From Stegostoma tigrinum (taxonomy: Eukaryota): DNA of 64,000 nt. Under the pieces are notes generated by a model that was not told the DNA's origin, searched no databases, and was given only the letters and a program-made list of their open reading frames with translations. A program made the position numbers and the translations under genes. The stretch is taken from assembly GCF_030684315.1 (NCBI RefSeq), contig NC_081363.1, positions 39,974,200 to 40,038,199 on the forward strand, read 5' to 3'. The number at the start of each line of letters is the position of its first letter. The first letter of the stretch is position 1. Of this stretch, positions 25,521 to 38,120 are shown piece after piece.

Positions 25521-26626
25521 TGTAAGCTATCTGACATATGCTGGTCCTATTTCTTGACTTCTCCACTTCAGAAATACAGAGTTATGTTTGTTGCAACATC
25601 AAAAAAGGGGATGATGTTGCCTTGATTAAACTGTATTCCTTTTTTAAAAAAGATGTAGCAATATCAAGTTGTACTCCAGCATCTACTCCTAGGGGTGCAA
25701 TTCCAGCTGTCTTGTAGTAACTAGTTTCACTAAACAGCTGTGGAGTACAGAAGCAAATACTCCATTTTAATCTACATAATTGCAATGACTAGCAGGGTTT
25801 TGCTAGATAGCTAGCTACTATTTTCCTATAGGTTTCCTTCAAAGGAAGCACATGTTTCAACAGCCAGCAAATCAATTTGAAATGAAAACAGCTGCAGCTC
25901 AACCTACATTGGCTGCAACCTGACTGAACTTACCAGATGGCGTTCTTCACCTTTTTAAAGAATCTCTTATTTGCTTATTACAACTGCAATCTACAGCTGT
26001 AGTTATGAAAACAAATGATTTTCATTAGGTGTTTAGTGAGCACTACTCATGAACAAAGTGGGGAAAGGACTAGTCACAGACTTGAGGTATAGATGAGCAA
26101 TAATTTAGTGAATTGATTTCATGTAGTGGAAACTTCTTGCCATCACAAGTCCAGTGGAAAAGTGAGGGGAGTCCACTACCAGCAGAACATTGGCATGCAG
26201 TTGCACCTCAATCTGCAAAACATGTTGAATAGTGATGAGCAACCAGAGCCATGAAGTTAAGGGTATTTGGTGACCTTATGGAACTACAGCTAACCAGTGA
26301 CAGGACTGACACTTTGCATAGGACATTCCTACCAAGCTTCCAAAACCTATTCTGACTAGAGTCAAAACTATTCAGCATGAGCAACCTTTTTGAATCTATG
26401 CCAACCTATGTGTACTAACTGCACTTTCCAGCAGTTACAACAGAAACCAGGAGTATCTCAAGAAGGAAGAAGTGATAGCTTGTTTCTCCAGAGATTTTAC
26501 ACCAATCCCTCAATTACATACCTATCATAATGATTTAGACATAGGTACCTCTTGCTACTTGAAAAGAAAAGTTCTGCAAGGGGCTCTACTTGGAGCAGTT
26601 CATTAATTGAGACAGACAGTGCAAGT

Positions 26627-26853
26627 TAGCAAGTTTTGAGAAGATTTGTAGCTCAGGTTGAGTTTCTGGATGTGAGTTTGCTCACTGAGCTGGGAGGTTT
26701 TCAGACGTTTTGTCATCATTCTAGGTAACATCATCAGTGAGCCTCCGATGAAGCGCTGGTGTTATTTCCCGCTTTCTATTTATCTGTTTAGGTTTCCTTA
26801 TGACATCACCAACCCAAGGAAACCTAAACAGATAAATAGCGAGCAAACACATC
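26627..26853. mobile_element. Second family-B mini-element
   Basis: Closely similar to 36489-36650; TSD CAGACA(G/T)TGCAAGT at 26613-26626 and 26854-26867; perfect 24-bp inverted repeat 26776-26799 / 26816-26839. Confidence 0.85.
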
Positions 26854-27429
26854 CAGACATTGCAAGTGAATCACTGTTCAAACTGTTGTTCAAAAAGCTC
26901 ATCATTGAACAGGTAAATTGTGAATTTGCATTTACTGTTGTGGCTAGCTTTATAATGTTATGTAATTGTAGGTAAGTGAATGCACATCAAGTTGTGGTTG
27001 TAATACAAATTGAATAAACAAGAAAAGCAGTTGGTCATTGAATCTGGGATAGGGTGTCAAATTCATACCTCCCAAATTCAGCTACTCTAAAGCAGTAATT
27101 TAACCTCCTGTGGAAAGTATAGTGCAATATTTAACCCAACTCCACACTCTCAAGTGTACTTTCAAAGCATGCTTATTTCACCTCTGATCTACCCCCAATC
27201 CATCTGAAATAGCCTCTCAGGAGGAATAAATTTGACAATTTTGTATGCCTCTATGAAATGACTATAAAGGCTATGCATTTCATAGGGAATTTTGCACAGT
27301 TCTTCCCCCTCTGATTCACACCTGCCAATGCCTGTTATTCTCCAACCAGTTATCCTTTGCTTTTCCGTCATCTACTCAGAGGCCTGTTCCAAAATGCCTA
27401 GATTTATGTCTTGACTATTAGACTATAGA

Positions 27430-28870
27430 CTATAAAACAAAGAGCAGAAGTAGGCCATTCAAACAAAAGTGTCTTCACCTGTACAATGAGATCATGGTTC
27501 ATCTGATAATCCTCAACTTCACTTTCTGCCTTTTCCCTACAATGCTTGATTCCCTGACTGAAATGTCTCAGCCTTGAATGTGTTGTAACAATATTCTGAA
27601 CAACCCTCTGCAGTAAAAGAATTCCACAGATTTACTGTCCTCTCAGAAGAAATGCCTTCTTTTCTCCTCCCTTATTCTGAGATTATGCCCTCTGGCTATA
27701 CATTCTCCCAGAAGGAGAAATAACTTTCCACATCTATCCTGTAAAGTCCCCTAACAACCATGTATGAGTCAAGGTTGCCTCATTCTGCTAAGTTTTAACG
27801 AGTACAAGCCCAATTTACTCAACCTCTCCCATAATACAGACCCTCCATACCCGGTAATAGCTTAGTGAACCTTGTGGGGACTACTTCCAATGCTAGTACA
27901 GCTTTCCTTTGATAACACTTGTTCACAGTATTCCAGCTGTGATCTGACAATGCCTTGTACAGTTTTAGAAAAAAAAACTCCCTAATATTGTAATGCATTC
28001 TGTTTGCAGTAAAGGCCAACATCTATTACCTGCTGAACCTGAGTACTGGTATTATGTTGTTCATGGATGAGGACTCACAAATGCCACTATTCTGTAGTTT
28101 TTTGCAGTCTTTTTCTTTTCAAATAATATTAAGTGCCTCTTCTTCCTGCCAAAGTACATTATCTCAAATTTCCCCACATTATATTCCATCTACTAAGTGT
28201 TTGCCTACTCACTTATCTGTATCCTTCTGCAGACTTTTTTGTGTCATCCTCAGAACACTTGCCTTCCCATCTATTTTCTGTCATCTGCAAAATTGCCTAC
28301 AGTACATTCACTTCCTTCATTCAAGTCATTAATATATGTTGTAAATAATAATGACGGCCTAGCACTGATCCCTGTGGAACTTTTTACAAATTTCTCTCCT
28401 GAAAAAGCACACAACCCCCTGCCATTATTCCAACTTTGACTTCTATTAATTAGCCAATTCTATATCCATTATTAAGATTCTGTTTCCAACACCATGAACT
28501 CTTAAGTAGCCTAATATGGTACCTTATCAAGTAGCTTCTTAAAACAAACTGCTTCCTCGTTATCTATCCTGCTTATTACCTTCTCAAATAATTCTAATAG
28601 ATTGGTCAGGCATTATTTCCCCTTTGTGAATCCATACTGATACTGATTGATCATATGTATTTCTAAATGCTCTGCTATTACATCCTTTATAATAGACTTT
28701 AATATTTTCCCAATAACCGATTTCCAGCTATCTGGCATATAGCTCTTTTTTTTCTCCTTTGTAAACTATCGGTATTATATTGGAAGTTTGTCAACCCTCT
28801 GGGATTGTTCTAGAATCTATGGATTCCTAGAAGATCACTACCACTGCATCCATTATCTCTGTACCCAATG
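27430..28870 (-). mobile_element. Old CR1 LINE 3' fragment
   Basis: LYKAL..., LALEVVPTRFTKLLPGMEGL on the minus strand; (GACTATA)n tail at ~27412-27434. Confidence 0.8.
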
Positions 28871-29049
28871 GGACGTTCCATCCATTCTGATCATCTGTTT
28901 GAAAATACAAATTCCTGCTCCCCATCCTGGTTGATCACCTTCATACATCTATATGCCACATGCTGACTTCCTGTTGAGACTCCCAAAACCTATCTCAAGT
29001 CAGATTTAGGGAAATCCAATAAAGCACAATGGGAGGTGTTGGGGGTGGG

Positions 29050-30315
29050 AGTGGTCACGGGGTGCTTTTTCAAAGACCATTCCAGTCAATCTCACTTCCT
29101 TGCTCCCCGCTCCTGCCCTATTAAGTTTCTCATTAAGTCTGTTGAATTCCCTCTTAAAGGCAACTGTTGCGACAGCGCATAACAAAATCTAACCACTCAA
29201 TGTGTAAAAGCATATCCTTGTAATTCTTTATTCATTTACCAGTTTCTTAAATCTGTGTTCTTTCATTGTTGACCCTTCAGCCACCAGAAACAGTTTTTCT
29301 TCATTTACTTTATCTGAACCCTTCTTGATTTTAAACAGTCAATCAAACCTCTTCATAGTTTTCTCCACTATAAGGAGAACATTCCAAAAATCTCCTGTTT
29401 ACCATGTAACTGTAATCTCATTTACAGAATCCTTCTGGTAAATCTTTTTTGTACTATATCAAATGTCTTCACATCCTTCATAAAGTCTATTGCCAGAATT
29501 GGACACAATATTTCAATAAAGGTCTGAACAATTGTCCTATGAGTTTAGCATAACATCTTAGTTTTTGTACCTTGGGCCTCACTGCATTACGAACCTGTCC
29601 TGCCACTTTCAAATATTTCTTCGCAAACAATCTCAGAATTGTGTTTTTGCATCATAAAGATAATCTATCATTCAGTAAGTTACACGTTTGCGAGATTAAT
29701 AGCTGGATTTGTGATGTTAGAGTTGTTGAATTCTTACAACCATGAAAGTAGCCTCTTGGCCGATTGTGACCGTGTTGGTCATCAAAAATCTGTCTATTCT
29801 AATCCCACTTTCCAGCACTTGGCCCATAGCCGTGCCTATTACAACATTTCAAGTGATCATCTCACTACTTGTTAAATGCATTGAAGGTTTCCACATCTAC
29901 CACATATTTGGGCTGTGAGTTCCAAATACCTACAACCTTTTGGATAAGAAACCTTTCTTTAAATTCCCTCTGAACCTCCTGCTCCTTAACTTTAAACTAT
30001 GTCCCTTGCTTACTGACCCTCTACTAAGTGGAAAAGTTTCTCCCTATCTACCCTGTCTGTGCCCCTCAAAACTTTGTATTCCTCAATCAGATTTCCCTCA
30101 AACTTTTCAGTTCTAAGAAAAATAATATTAGCCTATTTAGTCTCTCTTCAGACCTCAAACATTACAGGAACCATCCTGGTGAATCTCTTCTCCACCCGCT
30201 TTTCGCAATCTTCCTATAGTGTGGTGACTAGAACTCCATTGAAGTACTCCAGTTGTGGCCTGGCTAACATTATATACATTTTCATCACAACTTCCTTGCT
30301 CTTGTATTCAATGCC
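29050..30315 (-). mobile_element. Two old CR1 3' fragments
   Basis: Antisense CR1 3' region (CCAGAATTGGACACAATA, CTCCAGTTGTGGCCT). Confidence 0.6.
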
Positions 30316-30319
30316 TTGA

Positions 30320-30604
30320 TGGTGGCTCAGTGGTTAGCACTGCAGCCTCACAGTGCCAGGGACCCGGGTTCGATTCCCGCCTTGGGTGACTGTATGGAGT
30401 TTGCACATTCTCCTCGTGTCTGCGTGGGTTTCCTCCGGGTGCTCTGGTTTCCTCCCACAGTCCAAAGACGTGCAGGTTAGGTGGATTGGCCATGCTAAAT
30501 TGCCTGTAGTGTTCAGGGGTGTGTGGGTTATAGGGGGACGCTTCAAGGGGTGGTGTGGACTTGTTGGGCCGAAGGGCCTGTTTCCACACTGTAGGGAATC
30601 TAAT
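30320..30604 (+). mobile_element. HE1-like V-SINE, young
   Basis: Intact boxes A and B (TGGCTCAGTGG, GGTTCGATTCC), full V-domain. Confidence 0.9.
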
Positions 30605-30834
30605 ATTGGCAAGATTCCCAAGTTTGCAATTGGTCAGGCTGAGATGTTGACCACAGTTGAATTTCCCCAGGTGCAGGGTCATTCATTGTACTTACACAGT
30701 TCCTTCAGAGTAAACAGGCACCAGTGTAAACAGAAAAGATCTTCATTCCTTTAATATTCAAGTAACTAATCTGCAAGCAATAAAAGCAAATCATACAGCC
30801 AGGATTTTTTAAAAACAAAACTGCTAAAACTTTT

Positions 30835-31185
30835 TATTCATTTTTGGGATGTGCATGTTATTGGCTAGGCCAGCATTTATTGCTCATCCCTAAATGCCCA
30901 GAAAGCAGTTAAGAGTCAACCACATTGCTGTGGATCTGGAGTCACATTAGACCGGACCAGGTACGGATGGTAGTTTCCCTCCCTAAAGGATATTAATGAA
31001 CCCGATAGATTTTCCCTGACAGTTAGCGATGGATTTGCAGTCATCATTAGACTTTTGACTCTAGATATTTATAGAAATCAAATTCCACCATCTGCCATGG
31101 CAGGATTCAAACTCGGGTGCCCATAACATTACCGAGGTGCCTGGATTAACAGCCCAGTGACAATACCACCAGACCATTGCCTCCC
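30835..31185 (-). mobile_element. Second tRNA-like shark SINE family (other copies 2605-2705 +, 5690-6005 +, 10690-11160 -, 31680-32050 +, 47225-47575/48685-48835 +)
   Basis: Shared core GAGTCAACCACATTGCTGTGG..TGGAGTCAC and tail GGCCAGCATTTATTGC. Confidence 0.75.
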
Positions 31186-31397
31186 AACAACTACATACAT
31201 ACTTCAATAGTTCCAGCTGTCTCAGCCTTTAAGCCACCTGAACATCTTAGGGGCATTAATTGAAGATATGGCTTCTGACCTCTGCATGTGATCCCAACAC
31301 ACAGATCATGGACATATACAACTGCCACTACATTACTACAATGCCATCATCAGATGAGTCAAATAGATCTGCATAACCAATATGCACTTTCAAATGA

Positions 31398-31528
31398 TAA
31401 AGTGTGAAGCTGGATGAACACAGCAGGCAAGCAGCATCTCCTGAGATGCTGCTTGGCCTGCTGTGTTCATCCAGCTTCACACTTTGTTATCTTGGATTCT
31501 CCAGCATCTGCAGTTTCCATTATCACTG
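31398..31528. mobile_element. Palindromic PLE mini-element (family A)
   Basis: Inverted arms; perfect 16-bp TSD ATGCACTTTCAAATGA at 31382-31397 and 31529-31544. Confidence 0.9.
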
Positions 31529-34500
31529 ATGCACTTTCAAATGAGTCTTGTGCCATTGTCACTTGCATTGCACCACCTGATGTTCCAGAGGGGAGTGGCA
31601 TTGAAGCCTGAGAAAGACAATAATTGAGCTGCAACCTCACAGGAGGATGGGCATGGGGCACCTCAACAGGATACCGGCTAATGAAGTGACAATGCCACTG
31701 GATTAGTAATCAACAGGCCTAGACCAATGATCTGGGGATCCCACCACAGCAGCTATTAGAATTTAAATTCAATTACAATTAAATTTAAAATTGAACGTGA
31801 GTCTCAGTAATGGAGAATTACCATTGATTATCATAAAAACTCACCTGGTTCATTAATGTCCTTTAGGGAAGGAAGTCTGCCTTCCTTACCAGGCCTGTCC
31901 AACATTTTAATCCAGAACCAGAGCAACGTGTTTGACTCATAACTGCCCGCTAAAATGGCCCAGCAAGCCACTCAATTCAAGACCAATTAGGAATGAACCT
32001 AATTTCAAATGCTGGCCTTACCAGTGATGACCACATCTCATGAGAGAATAAGAAAATTTGGGGTCTGAGGGTTCAGCTAAACTAGCAGTGATATTTATAA
32101 CAGAGAGAGTGGTGACTCTGTGATTAGCAGACGTTTCACATAAGGCCAAGTGCAAGTTGGTAATGAACCAACTTCCTCAGGCAGCCTTGCTGACTTTCAT
32201 AAGAAGCTCTTACCATTTGTCAACACTGTCTGACAAGGTTTTCTGTAACACACATTTTCACTTTTACAGGCACCCCATGTATTTGACCCTCCATTTGGTC
32301 ACTGACAAATTGTACACAAAAAATAGATTCATTGAATGTCAAAAACCTTAAAATGTTTGTAGCTTCTGCATGTTACAAATTATCACCCAGCGACATCCCA
32401 AATGCTAAACGTGGCATTTAAATTTTATAATGCTAACTTTTACTGAGTGATCTCCCTCTGTCTGGAGTTGATGCAGAGACAGTTTGCTGCCTTTCTGCTA
32501 TTGTGCATTCTGTGCAGAGACTTGCATCCTTTGGGTATTTGAGTTCCGTTGGGGCCCAAGATATCCTTTATAGGGCTCGCCTCAGTTACTGGGCAGTATG
32601 CAGCTTTTGTGCTAACTTGATAGGAGCCAAGTATCCACTTTCAATGATTTAAGCAGCTTGAGAGGAGACCACATTGTATTCAGCCTGTCCCCTCTCTACC
32701 TTCTCAGGCCCAACGTGCTTCTTGAATGCATGGAATGATATAGTTCCTGCTAACGGAGATGTGTGACTAATCTACCCACAGCTTCAAAGATCTCATGAAT
32801 AAAGAATGATATACAGGTTTGCACGCATGCGCTGCTTACTGTTGATAGTTTGCTCCAAGTGTCTCTCCATGAGGCCACTCTGTCAATGGAGGACACCATA
32901 ATTCACGTGCCAGAGAATTGGTGGCACACAGGTGTGGATAGATACCTCCATCATCTGTGCTTCAGAATCCATGTATCCGGAAAATTCAACAGGTTTTCAC
33001 AGATTTGATGCCGTTGCCAAAGCATTTCTTCTGAAGCATCTGCTGCTTTGCAGAATACATCAGATCCTCGCCATCTGCATGAGTTGAGGATCACAGGGCC
33101 TCTCTGTGCTCCTCCAAGAGGAAGTGACTGCAGCTGTGATTGTCCACCTTCACTCCTTTGCACTTCTGTGTACACTAGTTCCACAGGTGCACCAAAGCCC
33201 ACCGATGAGAATGTTTCTCTCCTGTGAATGGTGCGTTAGAACAATGTTAAGCAATGCTTTGAGATGTTGGCACTTTTATCAGCATCCTAGTACAGCCAAA
33301 GCTTTTAACTCTTCCTCATCTGCTGCTGTACCTGCTGTAAATATGCAGTTTAAGTGAAACTGTTGGATGTACAATTTATTTCCTTAAAGACCTATTGTTG
33401 TAAGATGCATCCAACAATATGACTGAACAACAGTCTCTCTATCTTGTGTTTGGAGAAGACATTTTAAGAGACAATAGTCAGGATGTTAAAGCAATGCAGG
33501 ATGTGTGCTGGAGCAATTTTATGTGATAGAATAAAGAAATTACATATCAAATTTTTGAATCCTAAGTGCCGTTTTTATAAAAGTATTTACCATCTGCTAA
33601 ATAATCCAAGTTATAATACTAATTACACAACACTTGGTCAAATCTAAACTGTACTTTACACAGGTTTCATTAAGAATCAGCCAATGTTGTTGTTGCATAA
33701 TAATAGTGTTATCATAGATCAAAAAGTGTTCTTTCTCCTACTAGAAAATAACAACACTGGAAGATCAAAAGGTACTTAAGGACAAAGAAAGTTGTTCGGC
33801 CCATCTAAGTTTGATCATCCACACGACTTTATCCCTCCTTTCATTGTCATTTATACATGCTAAAGTTTTCACCTGTGCTATTCTGCATGAAAGTCAATAC
33901 TAAGTATTAACCATTCTATTCCATACAACAAAATATTAAATAAAGGTACAAACCCATGTTTGGTGAAGCTTCCAATGTTTACTGGCATTGGTACAACCCA
34001 CTTCTTGCACTGCTGTCTATCCAGACCAAAAATATTTGACTCCATTACCTTCATTTAGGAAACTGTGTTTTTCCAAAGGTGATATCCATATTTAAGTATC
34101 TGTCGCAAACAGGTCTCGTATACAGAAAGCATTTTTACGTGGATAGGTCATTCATGTGAATCACAATCCCAACTTGAAGGACCACCAGTGGACTTTCAGT
34201 AATCTAGCTTCTACCTTTAGAATAATAAAGTGAGGGGGTCCTATCAGGGGATTTTTACGGGAAATAAGCCTCAGGGTCATAGCAGCATACAAGCGACCAA
34301 GGTGTAATCTTCAGGGAAGGTGAATCTCATGTGATACGTGCACTAAGATGCATCAAGATCAATGGAAAATGATGTCAGTCAACATCAATACATAGCACAT
34401 TTGTAGGTAACAGGTTGATTCATTGTCATCAGCGGGGTGCCACAGGCCAAGAAGATGATTTCATGGGTTTTGCCAAAAATAATAAATTTCTCTAGCTGCT

Positions 34501-35189
34501 ATAGAAACATTGATGATATCTGAATCTGTCATGAAAACAGGCACTTGGGCCCATAAGCTGACATTTCAGGGTCCACTGAACTACCAAAGCTCTTAGCAGT
34601 GTCTTAGCAGACACACTCCAGTCAACTTATCATTAATGGAATAGAAAAACAGATCTGGTAGGCTGACAACACCATTGTCTCATCAGCACTCTATCACTTC
34701 CAGTGACGTGTTACCAACTTTAGTGACAATTGAGTTCTGTATAATGCTATCAGTCTTGAGTACAGTATACTAACTTAAACAGAACTCTACAAACCTCAAA
34801 AATAATAATTCTAGCCTTTCAGAAACAATTTATTAGCAACAATCTACCAATTTCAATAACACTTCTTCAACAGAATTCTACTAACCTCAGCCACAGTTTA
34901 GTAACTTTAGTGATAATCATCCAACTTCAATGTCCCTCTGCCAAAGTCATCAAGAATAAAAAGTCCTGGAAAAATTGTTGTAAATGCACACAATGAAGAG
35001 CTATTTCTACTATTTTTAGCAGAATTGTTACTCAATATCAGCAAGTAGAAACAAATTGTGGATGTCTTACACAGAAAATAATAATTTGTTCAATTACAGG
35101 TAGTGTGTGGTAGCCTAACATTGAGAACCTTTCATTTGTTAGAAGGAATTTTACCTAAACCATCCAAATTTGCAAACAATACCAGATCG

Positions 35190-36440
35190 AAATCAATGGC
35201 AAATGGTGAATACTAAGATGTACAAATTCTAAAGGATCTTGTGAAACTTGATCAGTAAATTACGAAATGGCAGATCCAATTTAATATAGAAAAATTTAAA
35301 TTTCTGAGATTTGGCAGAAGGAATGTTGTGCTAAACATTAATTTACATGAAATACCAGTGCAGCATAACAACTTATATTTGTTTAGCATCATTAACACAG
35401 AATACCCCAAAGTGGTTAATGGGTGGATTATAAAATAATAGAAGAGTTGTCATGAACTGTTAAGAGATATGCAATAAAACTATGTCTTCAGGCTTGTGGA
35501 AAAGTAAACAAAATTTTGGGATGCATAGAAAGGGAGTACTTTTCAGTCCAGCAAGGTAATTTTCAAATTTTATTTGATCCTGGTGAAGCACATCTGACCA
35601 CTGTGCACTTTTACTCTCCCTACCTCATAAAGTATATTCAGTTACTGGGAGGTCACAGACAGGGGTTGAAGGGTTGATTCCAGAGCTTAATGTGATAACG
35701 CATGAGCAATAATCGACAATTCTGTTTTTATTTATCACTTGAAAAGTGATGGGGCTAATATTAGAAGATGAAGGATCATCAATCTGTAACGTTAATACCA
35801 TTTCTTTACACAGATGACCTGCAAAGGAACTCTAGCATTTCTCTTTTTATTTCAGATTTCTAGCATCTACTCATATTGCTTCTGAAGTACGTAAACCTGA
35901 GTTGTATTACCTGGAATTTAGAAAATTAAAAGGTGATTTTATTGACATTATGAATGTATTAAGTCATGCCTAGGAAGTCTAGGACGAAAGGCACAATATG
36001 GAAGTTAAAGCCAGACTTTTCAGAAGTGAAATTAGAAAATACTTCTGTACAAAAGGTGGCAGAAGTCTGGAACTCCCCTTCACAACTAACAACTGATAAA
36101 AGATCAAATGTAGCCTGGAATCAGAAACTGATCTGTTTGAAACAGACTGGGCCTGTAACCATTTGAGTTTAGATGAATGACTGGTGATTTTTAACACCTT
36201 GAGGGGACACTACTGTGTGAATGCTGAAAGGATGTTTCCCTTGTGGATAGATTAAAATTAGGGCACGTAGACAAGACTGAATGTGCATCATTGAATATTT
36301 TTAAGGTAGGAGTTGATTAATTCTTGACTAGTGAGGGAGTCAGTAGTTATCATGGGTAGGCATGTGTGTAGATTGAGGCCACAATCAGATTACCCATGAC
36401 CTTGTTGAACGATGGGGCATATTTGAGGGTCCCAACAGCT
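35190..36440 (+). mobile_element. Old CR1 3' fragments
   Basis: Degenerate WQ.QFN.EK and L..LV..HL motifs plus 3'UTR. Confidence 0.55.
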
Positions 36441-36488
36441 CCTAATTCAAATGTTTGAACTTTGCCTTCCAGGCGTAAAACCTGTATT

Positions 36489-36737
36489 AGCGAGTTTTGA
36501 GAAGATTTGTAGCTCAGGTTGAGGTTCTGGATGTGAGTTTGCTCGCTGAGCTGGAAGGTTCGTTCTCAGACGTTTCGTCACCATTCTAGGTAACATCATC
36601 AGTGAGCCTCCGACGAAGCGCTGGTGTTATGTCCCGCTTTCTATTTATCGTCGGAGGCTCATTGATGATGTTACCTAGTATGGTGACGAAACGTCTGAAA
36701 ACGAACCTTCCAGCTCAGTGAGCAAACTCATATCCAT
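36489..36737. mobile_element. Palindromic hammerhead-bearing mini-element (family B)
   Basis: 89-bp inverted arms 36528-36616 and 36648-36736; perfect 13-bp TSD TAAAACCTGTATT at 36476-36488 and 36738-36750. Confidence 0.9.
36565..36606 (-). ncRNA. Minimal type-I hammerhead ribozyme (family B), intact
   Basis: Minus strand reads CTCA-CTGATGA-T-GTTACC tagaat GGTGAC-GAAAC-GTC-TGAG: 4-bp stem I, 6-bp stem II, complete catalytic core. Confidence 0.8.
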
Positions 36738-37924
36738 TAAAACCTGTATTTCAGACCATTTTCCCATTGAAATAGTCTAATGTTGCTTCTCTAAAAGATG
36801 GCACTTATACAACAATGCCAAGAGTCCATTGAAAATCCAGCCACTTTCCCCATATCATGCAAGTTTAGACAACATTTTATTAGGCCACTAGATGGAGTAA
36901 TTCTTGGGCCACTGCTGCAGTTCAACTCTTCACAGCACAGAGAGCAAAATGAGGTTTTTGTTAACAGTTTACAGAATGTTCTAGAGTGCATAGTCTGCAT
37001 CCAAGAGAGATACAGATAGGGGAGATCATTTTAACTCACTAGTTCAGTGTTTTTTAAAAAACTCATTTTCCCCTGATATATTAAATTGTCTCTTAAAGAA
37101 CAAGTTTTTGTTATGACTATCACAACTTGTTGAAGGGACTACTTTAAACATCGATGTTCAGCACAAATGAGGCTGGCACACAAATAAAATTGCTAGTGAT
37201 TTACCTAGTGACGTTCCGTTTCCTTCTTGCAATCATCTGTTTTAAACTGTTTTCTGAGCAGGTATGAAGAATAACTTCCTATCAGTCTTACTTTAAAATA
37301 CAAAAATTGGTTTCTGATAAAATCATTGGGGGCTGACTACAAGTTTAACCAGCATCTAGTGTGGGGAAACCATTGTAGCTAATCTAGAAGGAAGAAGATT
37401 AGCAGAGGACCAAACAAGTATGTTTAAACAAAAATGTTTTTATAAATACTTTCGTTGTGGGCTCAGGAGGAGTAGGATTTTCTAAAAAGGGAAGATTGAG
37501 TCTCCCGTGCCCAATATTCATCAATCCCCAACACAGGCCTCGTGCGTTCCAGCCAGCTGCTATTTCTCACTGACTTCAGACAAGTATAGATAGAACATGG
37601 TAGTCATGCCTGTACATTTCGATCATTTGCTCTTTTTTCTGCCAGGCTCAAAACAGTTCACCACATGAATTTATCTCTACCTACCCAATTCCCACTCCGA
37701 ATTAAAAGTGTTAGTTCTTCCACAAATACATTTTTCCCTAACAGTTTGAAACATTCTTGGCTGAGGTATGAAGCACAATGATACGCTATTCTGATGCCTG
37801 TAGGATTCTTTACCCTATATTTAGTGGTTATGATCTCTACACACTTTTATAAAGAACAATTCATTGGCCTCTTTCTTTTCCACATTTAAGTATCAGCAGT
37901 AGTTAAATGAAACTTTTTGCTTTC

Positions 37925-38120
37925 TTCCTGGACTACTTTGAAATAGTGCCATGGACTGTTTCACATCTACCCAAGCAAATAGATGGCACCTTCAACTGTG
38001 GAAGCATTCTATCGGTACCACACTGGAGAGTCAGCCTTGATTTTTGCAATCAAGTTCAGGGCAAGCCTTGAACCTGGAACTTTGCGACTCAAACACTAAA
38101 AGTGTTACCCAGTGAACCAT
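37925..38120 (-). mobile_element. DeuSINE (SacSINE1/AmnSINE1-like) remnant; another at ~14960-15460 (+)
   Basis: GATGGCACC...CACTGGAGAGTCAGCC...CTTGAACC resembles the Deu domain as recalled. Confidence 0.5.

Noticed and set aside
30320-30395. tRNA gene
   Set aside because: Boxes A and B belong to the HE1 SINE head; no cloverleaf; continues into the V-domain
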